This document shows, piece after piece, positions 36,578 to 45,345 of a DNA stretch of 64,000 nt (position 1 is its first letter; each line of letters begins with the position of its first letter). This DNA is from an uncultured Prevotellaceae bacterium (GTDB lineage: Bacteria; Bacteroidota; Bacteroidia; Bacteroidales; Bacteroidaceae), in the NCBI GenBank assembly GCA_902780635.1, contig CACZGH010000009.1:23557-87556 (forward strand), in the 5' to 3' direction. The translations under genes and the position numbers were made by a program. A model generated the notes under the pieces. It saw only the letters and a list, made by a program, of their open reading frames with translations. It searched no databases and had not been told where the DNA came from.

Positions 36578-37150
36578 TCAATGCTTCAGCCAATTGCCAA
36601 TGATTTGACGACCACCCGGTGTCAGCACGCTCTCCGGATGAAACTGGATACCATGGATGTCATACTCCTGATGACGCAACGCCATAATCTGGCCGTCATC
36701 GCTCACCGCAGTGACCTGCAGGCAGGCAGGGAAACCAGCCCTGTCGACCACCCAACTATGGTACCTGCCCATGACCAGACGTTTGGACAAGCCTTCAAAG
36801 AGATAGTCATTGCCAAACTGTGTACCCTCCGTAGCGACACCATGATACACCTCACTCAGATTGGTCAGTTTGGCACCAAACACTTCACCAATGGCCTGAT
36901 GGCCTAAGCAGACCCCAAGGATAGGCTTTACGCCAGCATACGTGGAGATGACTTGTGTGAGCAACCCTGCCTCTGACGGGATGCCGGGTCCTGGACTTAA
37001 TATGATCTTGTCAAAAGCGTCCAACTGCCCCATCTCAAACTGGTCGTTGCGCCAGACGGTCACCTCCGCACCCAATTCCCTCACAAGGTGTGCCAGATTG
37101 TATGTAAAGGAGTCGTAATTGTCTATGATGATTACTTTCTTCATTTCCAT
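36578..37150 (-). CDS. trpG: anthranilate synthase component II (glutamine amidotransferase)
   Basis: IIIDNYDSFTYNL, GVCLGHQAI, GIQFHPES. Confidence 0.92.
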   Translation of the reverse strand: MEMKKVIIIDNYDSFTYNLAHLVRELGAEVTVWRNDQFEMGQLDAFDKIILSPGPGIPSEAGLLTQVISTYAGVKPILGVCLGHQAIGEVFGAKLTNLSEVYHGVATEGTQFGNDYLFEGLSKRLVMGRYHSWVVDRAGFPACLQVTAVSDDGQIMALRHQEYDIHGIQFHPESVLTPGGRQIIGNWLKH

Positions 37151-37165
37151 GTCATTTAACAGCGT

Positions 37166-38596
37166 TTAGATTTCTCCTGCCATCATAATAGCCCTCCGAA
37201 GCGCGCCAAGTTTGTTGTTCACTTCCTGCAATTCATATTCTTCGTCGCTCTTGGCCACAATGCCTCCTCCGGCCTGAAACCACAACTCGCCGTTGCGGCT
37301 GACAAAGGTACGGATGGTGATGGCCTGATTGAGCTGACCATCAAAGCCGATATAGCCGATACATCCTCCATAGGCACCTCGGTTGTGGGGCTCGTACTCA
37401 CTGATGAGCTGCATGGCTCTCACTTTGGGGGCGCCACTCAGCGTGCCGGCGGGGAAGGTGTCGATGAAAGCCTTCACTGGGTCAGCGTCTGCATTGAGCA
37501 CTCCCGACACACGGCTCACCAAATGAATCACATGGCTGTAATACTGTAAGTCTTTGTAGAAGTCGACCTTCACCTGATGGCAGTTGCGACTCAGGTCATT
37601 GCGAGCCAGGTCGACAAGCATCACATGCTCAGCATTCTCCTTAGGGTCGTTGCGAAGAAACTCCGCCCCACGACGGTCGGCCTCAGCATCGCCGGTGCGA
37701 CGGGTGGTGCCGGCAATGGGGTCGATGTAGGCGGTGCGCCCCTCGATACGACAATGGGTCTCAGGACTGGAGCCGAAGATGCGGAAGCCACCGAAATCGA
37801 AATAGAAGAGATAGGGCGAGGGGTTGACACTTCTCAGTGCTCTGTAGAGCCGGAAGTCATCACCCTCATATTTCTGCACAAAGCGCCGCGAGAGGACAAT
37901 CTGAAACACGTCGCCCCTCATGCAGTGGGCGATGCCACGGCGAATGTTGGCTTTATGCTCCTCGTCGGTAAGGGGCGAGGAGACATCGCCCACCGGTCGG
38001 AAACTGTAGGAGCGCACGCTGGGCTTGTTGACCTGCCGCTCCAGTTCATCCAGTTGGTGGATGGCTTTCTGCTCGTCTCCGTCAGGGGTCATAGTGACAA
38101 AAATCACTTGGTTGTTGAAATGCTCGAAGACAATGATATCTCTGAAGAGTATATAGTAGAGATCGGGGGCATCGTTGCGCTCCATCGTCATGTCCTTGAC
38201 GGCGATGTTCTCAAAATAGCGCACCGCATTGAACGAGGTATAGCCGTAAAGTCCACAAAAGGATGCGGCCTCGCCCTCAATCTGAAAACGACCCAGAAAC
38301 TCATTGATGGCATGTTCGCAGCGGTAACTGTCGTTCACCTCTCGGCTGACCACCTGGCCGTCGGGAAAAGAGAGCGTGGCAACACCATGGCCGATGGCCA
38401 CACTGGCGATGGGGTTGACACCGATAAAAGAGCGACTGTTGCTCTTCTCATGGTAATCTGAGCTTTCCATCAGAGCACTCTGCGGACATATGTCACGCAG
38501 ACGCATATACATGCCGACCGGTGTGTAGAGGTCGCCCAGTACTTTGCGTGCCATGGTGTGACAGACAAAGACTTTCGATTGTTCAGAATTGTCCAT
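37166..38596 (-). CDS. trpE: anthranilate synthase component I
   Basis: Chorismate-binding core: LSGAPKVRAMQLI, RGAYGGCIGY. Confidence 0.92.
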   Translation of the reverse strand: MDNSEQSKVFVCHTMARKVLGDLYTPVGMYMRLRDICPQSALMESSDYHEKSNSRSFIGVNPIASVAIGHGVATLSFPDGQVVSREVNDSYRCEHAINEFLGRFQIEGEAASFCGLYGYTSFNAVRYFENIAVKDMTMERNDAPDLYYILFRDIIVFEHFNNQVIFVTMTPDGDEQKAIHQLDELERQVNKPSVRSYSFRPVGDVSSPLTDEEHKANIRRGIAHCMRGDVFQIVLSRRFVQKYEGDDFRLYRALRSVNPSPYLFYFDFGGFRIFGSSPETHCRIEGRTAYIDPIAGTTRRTGDAEADRRGAEFLRNDPKENAEHVMLVDLARNDLSRNCHQVKVDFYKDLQYYSHVIHLVSRVSGVLNADADPVKAFIDTFPAGTLSGAPKVRAMQLISEYEPHNRGAYGGCIGYIGFDGQLNQAITIRTFVSRNGELWFQAGGGIVAKSDEEYELQEVNNKLGALRRAIMMAGEI

Positions 38597-39788
38597 ATTC
38601 TCCTGCCTTTTCTTTGTTTTTCAGATAGGTTTCTACATCTTTATCTCCGCGTCCGCTCACCGTGAGCACCACGACATCGTCGGGCGCAAACGTCAACTTG
38701 CGGAGCACTGCCACAGCATGAGCACTCTCGATGGCGGGGATGATGCCCTCCATACGGGTGAGTTCATACCCGGCGAGGATAGCCTCGTCGTCGTTGACGG
38801 CGAGCACCTGCGACCGTCCGTCCTCTGCCATGTTAGCGTGCATAGGACCGATACCGGGATAGTCGAGACCGGCAGAGATGGTGAAAGCTTCCTTGATCTG
38901 ACCGTCATCGGTCTGCATCACCAGGGTGCGTGCACCATGCAGAATACCCTCGGTGCCACAGTGGATGGTGGCGGCAGTGTAGTCAGTGTCCACCCCATGG
39001 CCTCCGGCCTCTGCGAGCACGATACGCACACGAGGGTCGTTGATATAGTGATAGATGGTGCCAGCGGCATTGCTTCCGCCACCGATACAGGCAATGAGAT
39101 AGTCGGGATAGTCACGGCCGGTCTTTTCCTCCAGTTGCCATTTCAGCTCTTCGGAGATGACGCTCTGCATCCTCGCCACAATGTCGGGGTAAGGATGGGG
39201 ACCCATCGTCGAACCGACGATGTAGAAGGTGTCGCGAGGATGGCAGCACCAGTCACGGATAGCCTCTGAACAGGCATCGCTGAGGGTCATATTGCCAGTG
39301 GTGACAGGATGCACCTCGGCACCCAGCATCCGCATACGCTCCACGTTGGTGTGCTGTCGCTCCACATCGGTCTTGCCCATGAAAATCTCACACTTCATGT
39401 TCATCAGCGCACAGACGGTGGCAGTGGCCACACCATGTTGTCCGGCACCCGTCTCGGCGATGATGCGCGTCTTGCCCATCTTGCGGGCCATCAGAATCTG
39501 TCCGATGGTATTGTTGATTTTGTGTGCTCCGGTATGGTTGAGGTCTTCACGCTTAAGATACAGCTGGCAACCGTATCGTTCACTCAAGCGGCGGGCGTAG
39601 TAAAGCGGTGAGGGTCGGCCCACATAGTCGCGGAGCAAGGCTCGGTATTCGGCTTTGAATTCTTCACTCTCGATGATGGGGAGGTAGGCTTCCTGCAGGT
39701 CATGTACACACTTGTACAGAATTTCAGGCACGTAGGCACCTCCAAAACGGCCATAGAAGCCGCGTTCGTCTACAAAATAGTCTCTCAT
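38583..39788 (-). CDS. trpB: tryptophan synthase beta chain
   Basis: LNHTGAHKINN (PLP lysine), GGGSNAAG. Confidence 0.95.
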   Translation of the reverse strand: MRDYFVDERGFYGRFGGAYVPEILYKCVHDLQEAYLPIIESEEFKAEYRALLRDYVGRPSPLYYARRLSERYGCQLYLKREDLNHTGAHKINNTIGQILMARKMGKTRIIAETGAGQHGVATATVCALMNMKCEIFMGKTDVERQHTNVERMRMLGAEVHPVTTGNMTLSDACSEAIRDWCCHPRDTFYIVGSTMGPHPYPDIVARMQSVISEELKWQLEEKTGRDYPDYLIACIGGGSNAAGTIYHYINDPRVRIVLAEAGGHGVDTDYTAATIHCGTEGILHGARTLVMQTDDGQIKEAFTISAGLDYPGIGPMHANMAEDGRSQVLAVNDDEAILAGYELTRMEGIIPAIESAHAVAVLRKLTFAPDDVVVLTVSGRGDKDVETYLKNKEKAGEYGQF

Positions 39789-39791
39789 GGC

Positions 39792-40571
39792 TCAGTCCTC
39801 CTCTAAAACTTGCTTCAACTGACGGAGCGCCTCGTCGGGGTCGCGCGTCTCATTGAGCAGGGTGACAAACTTGCTGCCGATGATGGCACCGGCGGCGTTG
39901 TGGTAGGCACTGGTAAGCGTCTGCTTGTTGGAGATGCCAAATCCGATCATCCGCGGGTTGCGCAAAGCCATAGCGTTGATCTTGCGGAAGTAGGCTTGTT
40001 TGGCGTCATCAAAACTCTTCTGCGCACCAGTGATACTGGCCGAACTGACCATATAGATGAAGCCCTCAGTATGCTCGTCGATCAGGCGGATGCGTTCCTC
40101 GGAGGTCTCAGGCGTGATCATCATGATGACTCTCAGATCATAACGGTCGGCAATGGGTTTCACCACCTCCATATAGTCACGGAAAGGCAGGTCGGGTATA
40201 ATCATACCTGAGACACCGCTTTCCACGCAGTCGCGGCAGAAACGCTCGATGCCATGGTGCATCACCACATTGAGATATCCCATAAGCACAAGGGGTATCT
40301 GCACCTGGTCTTTGATAGCGCTGAGTTGTGAGAAGAGGTGACGCAGGGTCATGCCATTGCGAAGCGCCACGGTGCCGGCACTTTGTATCACAGGCCCGTC
40401 GGCAAGGGGGTCGCTGAAGGGGATGCCCACCTCAACCATGCTGATGCCGTGGCGCTGCATGGCGAGGATGACATCGGCGGTACCCTCCAGTGTCGGACAT
40501 CCGGCACAGAAATAGAGCGACAATAGTTTTTGATCTCCTCGTGAGGAGAACAATTGGTTGATTTTATTCAT
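39792..40571 (-). CDS. trpA: tryptophan synthase alpha chain
   Basis: EVGIPFSDPLADGPVIQ. The ORF-track start at 40577 is TTG. The first ATG is 40571. Confidence 0.93.
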   Translation of the reverse strand: MNKINQLFSSRGDQKLLSLYFCAGCPTLEGTADVILAMQRHGISMVEVGIPFSDPLADGPVIQSAGTVALRNGMTLRHLFSQLSAIKDQVQIPLVLMGYLNVVMHHGIERFCRDCVESGVSGMIIPDLPFRDYMEVVKPIADRYDLRVIMMITPETSEERIRLIDEHTEGFIYMVSSASITGAQKSFDDAKQAYFRKINAMALRNPRMIGFGISNKQTLTSAYHNAAGAIIGSKFVTLLNETRDPDEALRQLKQVLEED

Positions 40572-40590
40572 AATCAATAGAGTGTAATTA

Positions 40591-40623
40591 GCTATTCGCT
40601 GTTGGCTGTTCGCTGTTCGCTGT
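40591..40623. repeat. heptanucleotide tandem array (GCTGTTC)x~4.5 inside the trp operon
   Basis: Read directly: gctattc gctgttg gctgttc gctgttc gctgt. Confidence 0.85.
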
Positions 40624-40673
40624 GGGGTTTTCTCAACTCACAGTTTGGAGGTCGCAACCCGCAGTGGTAATCA

Positions 40674-40708
40674 ACTCCCCCTCTAAGTTAGAAGGGGCAA
40701 GGGGGAGT
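40674..40708. repeat. C5/G5 hairpin element (REP-like) inside the trpF-trpA spacer
   Basis: A 9-bp perfect stem pairs ACTCCCCCT with AGGGGGAGT, with a 17-nt loop. On the minus strand it continues GAGGGGGAGTTGATTAC, nearly identical to the sequence at 44575-44591. Confidence 0.75.
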
Positions 40709-40751
40709 GTGTCCTGTTGGCAAGCGAAAACCGACCAGCAAGCACCGAACC

Positions 40752-41456
40752 CTACGCCCTCAGGCGCTCAACGAAGTCACGTATTTTCTCCACATCCTTC
40801 AGGCCAGGCTCAATCTCAAACTTAGAGTTGATGTCCACGCCCACCATCATAGGATGCTGGATCGACTTGATGGCCTCGGCATCTTCCGGTCCGATGCCTC
40901 CGCTCAGTAGGAAGGGTGTCTTTCCTTCATACTGGCTCAGTAGGCTCCAGTCAAACTTCTTGCCACTGCCACCGGCCTCGGCGCACTTGTTGTGGAACAC
41001 AAAATAGTCCACCACATCTTCGTAGGCAGCACACTGCTTGAAGTCTTCTGCGCTCTCGATGAAGATGGTCTTGGCAATCTTAAAACCAGGGCGGATGTCT
41101 GGATCGAGGGTGTGACGGAGATTGTCAATCATCACCGGCGACTCCTCGCCATGCAACTGTACAATGTCGAGGTTGAAATTGTAGACGCGGGTCACAATAT
41201 TCTGGGGCATATCATCCATAAATACACCCACCCGAAGCGGATGATTGTGGCGTGGCATTAACAGATGAGACACACCAAGCTTAGGGGTCTCTCCTTCCAA
41301 CGAGTTGTAGTCGGGAATCAGTCCGCCCCTTGAGTGGATTTGTGTCACAAGCCTTGGACTGTTGGGACAGAACACCAGTCCCAGCCAGTCTACGCCTAAA
41401 GCGCTCACATCGCGTATATTCTGGGCTACACGCATGCCACAAACTTTGATAAGCAT
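40752..41456 (-). CDS. trpF: phosphoribosylanthranilate isomerase
   Basis: MLIKVCGM..., LSGGIGPEDA. At 234 aa it is somewhat longer than typical. Confidence 0.88.
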   Translation of the reverse strand: MLIKVCGMRVAQNIRDVSALGVDWLGLVFCPNSPRLVTQIHSRGGLIPDYNSLEGETPKLGVSHLLMPRHNHPLRVGVFMDDMPQNIVTRVYNFNLDIVQLHGEESPVMIDNLRHTLDPDIRPGFKIAKTIFIESAEDFKQCAAYEDVVDYFVFHNKCAEAGGSGKKFDWSLLSQYEGKTPFLLSGGIGPEDAEAIKSIQHPMMVGVDINSKFEIEPGLKDVEKIRDFVERLRA

Positions 41457-41472
41457 GTTTTGAGTTTTTGAG

Positions 41473-42282
41473 TTATTGAGTTGTTTGAATCTCTGAGATC
41501 AGTACCGACAAAGCCTTTCCGGGGTCCGACGTTTTCATCAACGTCTCTCCGATGAGGAAGCCTCTGTATCCGGCTTGACGGAGACAAACCACTGTGGTGG
41601 GGGCTGAGATGCCGCTTTCACTCACTTTGCAACATTCTGCCGGCAACTGTTTGGCCAACCGGAAGGAGTTGTCGGCGTCGGTGATGAAGGTACCGAGGTT
41701 TCGGTTGTTCACACCGCACATATCGGGTTCAAGTTCCACATATTCGAGTTCTGACTCTTTGTGCGTCTCCAGCAGCACCTCCAAACTCAGGTCATGGGCC
41801 AACCGTAGCAGGCGTCGACACTCGTCTTTGCGCAGACAGGCGGCAATGAGAAGTGCCGCAGAGGCACCGCAGCGACGTGCCTGGAAGAGCTGATACTCGT
41901 CGATGACAAAGTTTTTGTACAGCACGGGCAGTGTGAGTCCAGCCTGGCGTGCCTGTGTCACAAAGATGTCATGCCCTCCGAAATATCGCTCATCGGTGAG
42001 GATACTCACAGCGGCAGCACCGCCTTGTTCATAGGCACAGGTCACAGCGGCAACCTGGGCATCCTCATGAATCCATCCTTTGGAGGGCGACCGCCGTTTA
42101 AACTCGGCGATGATGCCTGTCGGCGACTCCAGCAGTGCCCTGCGCATCGATGGTGGAGGCGCAGGCTCACTGTCTGTCAGCCGCAGCACATCCTGCTCCA
42201 GTTGCCGGAGTGGAGTCTGTGCCTTCGCCTCGGCCACCTCTATGCGTTTCCACGCCACGATCTCTTCCAGTACATCTTTCAT
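41473..42282 (-). CDS. trpC: indole-3-glycerol phosphate synthase
   Basis: IIAEFKRRSPSKG, NNRNL, SESGI. The start is set at ATG 42282, 4 nt after the trpD stop. Confidence 0.92.
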   Translation of the reverse strand: MKDVLEEIVAWKRIEVAEAKAQTPLRQLEQDVLRLTDSEPAPPPSMRRALLESPTGIIAEFKRRSPSKGWIHEDAQVAAVTCAYEQGGAAAVSILTDERYFGGHDIFVTQARQAGLTLPVLYKNFVIDEYQLFQARRCGASAALLIAACLRKDECRRLLRLAHDLSLEVLLETHKESELEYVELEPDMCGVNNRNLGTFITDADNSFRLAKQLPAECCKVSESGISAPTTVVCLRQAGYRGFLIGETLMKTSDPGKALSVLISEIQTTQ

Positions 42283-42286
42283 CTTG

Positions 42287-43288
42287 TCATGAGTTGAGTT
42301 CGACAAATTTTTGCAGGGTCTTCCATGCTTTGCCACTCTCTATCGACTCTTTGGCGATATCGAGACACTCTTCGATGCTCTTGTCTTGTTCAAGCACCTG
42401 AATGCCGAAGGCGGCATTGGCCAGCACCACATTCTTTTGGTCGCGCTCTGCCTGGTTGAGCAGCACATTGTCAAAGATACGCTTCGCCTCAGCGGGGGTT
42501 GTTCCACCATAGAGTTTCGAGGGGTCGGCGGGGTCGAAACCAAGATGCGACGGATGGAAGATACGCTCATAGCGGTTGGTAGTGACCTTAAAGTCGCCGG
42601 TGAGCGATATTTCGTCATAGCCGTCGATGCTGTTGACGATGCCATAATCTACACCGATGCGCTGATACACATTACTATATAGTCGCATCTGGTCAAGATT
42701 GGCCACTCCAAGCAGCTGACACTTGGGCTGCGAGGGGTTGACAATGGGACCAAGCAAATTGAAATAGGTGGGGAAGGCTAATGCCTTGCGGATGGGCCCC
42801 ACAAATTTCATAGCTTTGGCAAAGAGCTGGGCGTGCAGATAGACGATACCGCACTCTTCCATGGAGCGGTTGAGACGGTCGATGTCGGAGGTGAAGTGTA
42901 CACCGTGTGTCTCAATGATATTGGACGCTCCGCTTACCGACGTGGCGGCGTAATTGCCGTGTTTGGCCACCTTATACCCCGCCCCGGCGATAACGAAGCA
43001 GGAGCAGGTGGAGATATTGAAAGTATTTTTCTGGTCTCCGCCTGTACCCACCACGTCGATGTAGCGGTCGCAGTCAAGCACAGCTTTCACACCGGTCTCC
43101 AAGATTCCGTCACGGAATCCAAGCAACTCATCCACCGTGATGCCACGCATCTGCAAACCGGTGATCAAAGCTGTGATCTGCTCGTTGGGATATTCTCCCT
43201 TGGTGATGTTCACCAAAATGTCGCGGGTCTCTTCCCGTGTCAGCTCTTCATGATTGAGCATCCTGTGAAGGATTTCATTCATTGCCAT
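42287..43288 (-). CDS. trpD: anthranilate phosphoribosyltransferase
   Basis: DVVGTGGDQKNTFNIST, KHGNYAATS. Confidence 0.93.
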   Translation of the reverse strand: MAMNEILHRMLNHEELTREETRDILVNITKGEYPNEQITALITGLQMRGITVDELLGFRDGILETGVKAVLDCDRYIDVVGTGGDQKNTFNISTCSCFVIAGAGYKVAKHGNYAATSVSGASNIIETHGVHFTSDIDRLNRSMEECGIVYLHAQLFAKAMKFVGPIRKALAFPTYFNLLGPIVNPSQPKCQLLGVANLDQMRLYSNVYQRIGVDYGIVNSIDGYDEISLTGDFKVTTNRYERIFHPSHLGFDPADPSKLYGGTTPAEAKRIFDNVLLNQAERDQKNVVLANAAFGIQVLEQDKSIEECLDIAKESIESGKAWKTLQKFVELNS

Positions 43289-43328
43289 ACTAATGTCTCC
43301 TGTGCTTTAATCAATAGTTATAATTTCT

Positions 43329-43363
43329 AAAAAAGGCCTGTCGTAAGAACGGCAGGCCTTTTT
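43329..43363 (-). terminator. attenuator terminator hairpin in the trp leader
   Basis: On the minus strand, GGCCUGCCG-UUCUUA-CGACAGGCC (8 of 9 pairs) is followed by U6. It ends about 40 nt before the trpD ATG. Confidence 0.75.
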
Positions 43364-43405
43364 CATATCTTGGAATAGATTCACACGGCTTGGGTGCTCA
43401 CGACT

Positions 43406-43456
43406 TTAAGATCTTGAGTAACGCCACCACCATGCGAAAACCGTATTTTTATTCAT
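43406..43456 (-). CDS. trpL: trp operon leader peptide, 16 aa with WWW
   Basis: ATG AAT AAA AAT ACG GTT TTC GCA TGG TGG TGG CGT TAC TCA AGA TCT TAA encodes MNKNTVFAWWWRYSRS. It sits between a -7 motif and the terminator hairpin. Confidence 0.75.
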   Translation of the reverse strand: MNKNTVFAWWWRYSRS

Positions 43457-43484
43457 TTTCTTCGTATATATTGCTTTGATGTTG

Positions 43485-43492
43485 CAAAGGTA
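43485..43492 (-). promoter_or_regulatory. -7 promoter motif TACCTTTG for the trp leader/operon
   Basis: Matches TAnnTTTG on the minus strand, 29 nt before the leader ATG. Confidence 0.55.
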
Positions 43493-43746
43493 ATGCTTAA
43501 ATTTGAATCTGCAAATATTTAATCCTTTTTTTTTCGAATTTATCGTTAAAAAGGCACCTAGACCTTATTATTTGAACTCATATTCCCTGCATAACCCTTT
43601 GGAAAAAGATGTTTCATCTGTTTATCCAAACCATTTTTTGAAAAGGAAGTCCGGACTTCCTTGGGTATCTAAAAAAATATTTCTCTTTTCACATAATAAA
43701 TAATATACCTATGTCGTTTAAAATGTAGAATTAAAAGATTTTGCCT

Positions 43747-43872
43747 ATGAAAATATTTACCCACGAAGAATTTGAGCCCTCTCCTAAGACTTTGAAATTC
43801 ATCCTTGAGTTTGCCCACACCTATCGTACGATGGAATACAATGGGCATCGCATGGCTTATTGTCTGAACTAA
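43747..43872 (+). CDS. possible 41-aa ORF upstream of rpe
   Basis: MKIFTHEEFEPSPKTLKFILEFAHTYRTMEYNGHRMAYCLN has a non-repetitive composition and ends 12 nt before the rpe ATG. There is no other support. Confidence 0.25.
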   Translation: MKIFTHEEFEPSPKTLKFILEFAHTYRTMEYNGHRMAYCLN

Positions 43873-43883
43873 ACTACGACTAT

Positions 43884-44534
43884 ATGGCTACAATGGTTTC
43901 CCCGTCGCTGTTGGCGGCCGACTTCACCAATCTAAGCAAAGACATCGACATGATCAACCGCAGTGAGGCCGACTGGCTCCACATGGATATCATGGATGGT
44001 GTATTCGTTCCCAATATCTCTTTTGGCTTCCCTGTGTTGGAGGCGGTGGCTGGCATCTGCCAGAAACCACTCGACGTACATTTCATGACGGTACATCCGG
44101 AAGTCTACATTGCCCAGACGGCACGCCTCGGCGCCATGATGATGAACATCCACTACGAGGCTTGCACCCACCTGCACCGCACTATAGACACCATCCACAA
44201 GGCAGGTATGAAAGCGGGCGTGACACTCAACCCCTCGACACCCGTATCTATGCTGGAAGACATCATTGGTGATGTCGACATGGTGCTGCTCATGAGTGTC
44301 AACCCGGGATTTGGAGGTCAGAAGTTTATTGAGAACACGATACAAAAGACCCAACGTCTGCGCAAACTCATCCAAGAAAGCGGAAGTCACGCACTGATAG
44401 AAGTAGACGGAGGTGTACAAACAGAAACGGCCCCACGATTGGTGAAGGCCGGGGTAGATATCCTCGTGAGCGGAAGCTATGTGTTCAAGGCTAAAGACCC
44501 CATCGCCACTATTCACTCACTGAAAGAGTTGTAA
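43884..44534 (+). CDS. rpe: ribulose-phosphate 3-epimerase
   Basis: VSPSLLAADF, HMDIMDGVFVPN, MSVNPGFGGQKF. The ORF-track start at 43860 is TTG. Confidence 0.93.
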   Translation: MATMVSPSLLAADFTNLSKDIDMINRSEADWLHMDIMDGVFVPNISFGFPVLEAVAGICQKPLDVHFMTVHPEVYIAQTARLGAMMMNIHYEACTHLHRTIDTIHKAGMKAGVTLNPSTPVSMLEDIIGDVDMVLLMSVNPGFGGQKFIENTIQKTQRLRKLIQESGSHALIEVDGGVQTETAPRLVKAGVDILVSGSYVFKAKDPIATIHSLKEL

Positions 44535-44561
44535 ATCAATATTTTACTGTATACTAACATC

Positions 44562-44583
44562 TTCCCCCTCAAATGAGGGGGAA
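44562..44583. repeat. C5/G5 hairpin element between convergent rpe and the sigma gene
   Basis: A 9-bp stem pairs TTCCCCCTC with GAGGGGGAA, with a 4-nt loop and no U-tract on either strand. It continues TTGATTAC like the 40674 element. Confidence 0.7.
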
Positions 44584-44646
44584 TTGATTACGTTTGCGTT
44601 AGGTGAAAGGCAAAAAGCGAATTGCAAACCGCAAATGCCGAAAAAA

Positions 44647-45243
44647 TCAGTCCAGTTGGAGCACCACGTCATGCTCACGGGCCATTCTCCGCAAGTTGAG
44701 AATGGCATAGCGCATACGACCTAATGAGGTGTTGATGCTCACACCAGTGGCCTCGGCGATTTCCTTAAACGACATCTCCTGATAGAAACGCATGAACACC
44801 ACCTCACGCTGTGAGGGGGGCAGCATGTTCATCATCTTGCGCACGTCCCTGAGCACCTGATCGTTGACAAATTGATTTTCAACATTGGTGTCAAGGAGAT
44901 CGTTGCCGCTGAGGTTGGATAGGTCGTTATCCTCTGTGGGCTCCACTATCTTCTCTGCCCTCTGCTCACGATACCAGTCCATGATGACGTTGTGGGCAAT
45001 GCGCATGAGCCAGGCGCTAAACTTACCCGAATTGGTATACTTGCGCTGCTGCAGCTTGGTGATCACCTTGACAAACGTCTCCTGAAAGATGTCATCTGCG
45101 AAGTCACGGTCGCGGACGACAAACAAAATATAAGTAAAGAGTTTGGACTTGGTTCTTGCCAGCAGCAAATCAAACGCTCTATTATTCCCATCAATGTATG
45201 ACAATGCCAACTGCTCGTCGGTCATTCCATTCAGATTATCCAT
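44647..45243 (-). CDS. ECF-type (group 4) sigma-70 family RNA polymerase sigma factor
   Basis: Region 2 (DIFQETFVKV...WLMRIAHN) and region 4 HTH (SFKEIAEATGVSINTSLGRMRYA). No adjacent anti-sigma gene. Confidence 0.88.
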   Translation of the reverse strand: MDNLNGMTDEQLALSYIDGNNRAFDLLLARTKSKLFTYILFVVRDRDFADDIFQETFVKVITKLQQRKYTNSGKFSAWLMRIAHNVIMDWYREQRAEKIVEPTEDNDLSNLSGNDLLDTNVENQFVNDQVLRDVRKMMNMLPPSQREVVFMRFYQEMSFKEIAEATGVSINTSLGRMRYAILNLRRMAREHDVVLQLD

Positions 45244-45345
45244 TCCTTAAAATTATTGATCTTTAAGTAATGCTGTTTCGATAGGCTATGAGGTTTAAAT
45301 GAATAATATGTAAATATGTGTTGACAAAATCTCTGTTTACGGCTG

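Noticed and set aside
42283-42336. Upstream extension of trpC (start 42336), and similar extensions of tsaC (30795), UpxY (36531) and several TTG 'M' starts in the track (838, 3468, 6594, 7620, 33345, 40577, 43860, 48738).
   Set aside because: The extensions overlap the preceding gene or a promoter motif, or begin with TTG when a nearby ATG restores the canonical N-terminus of the family.
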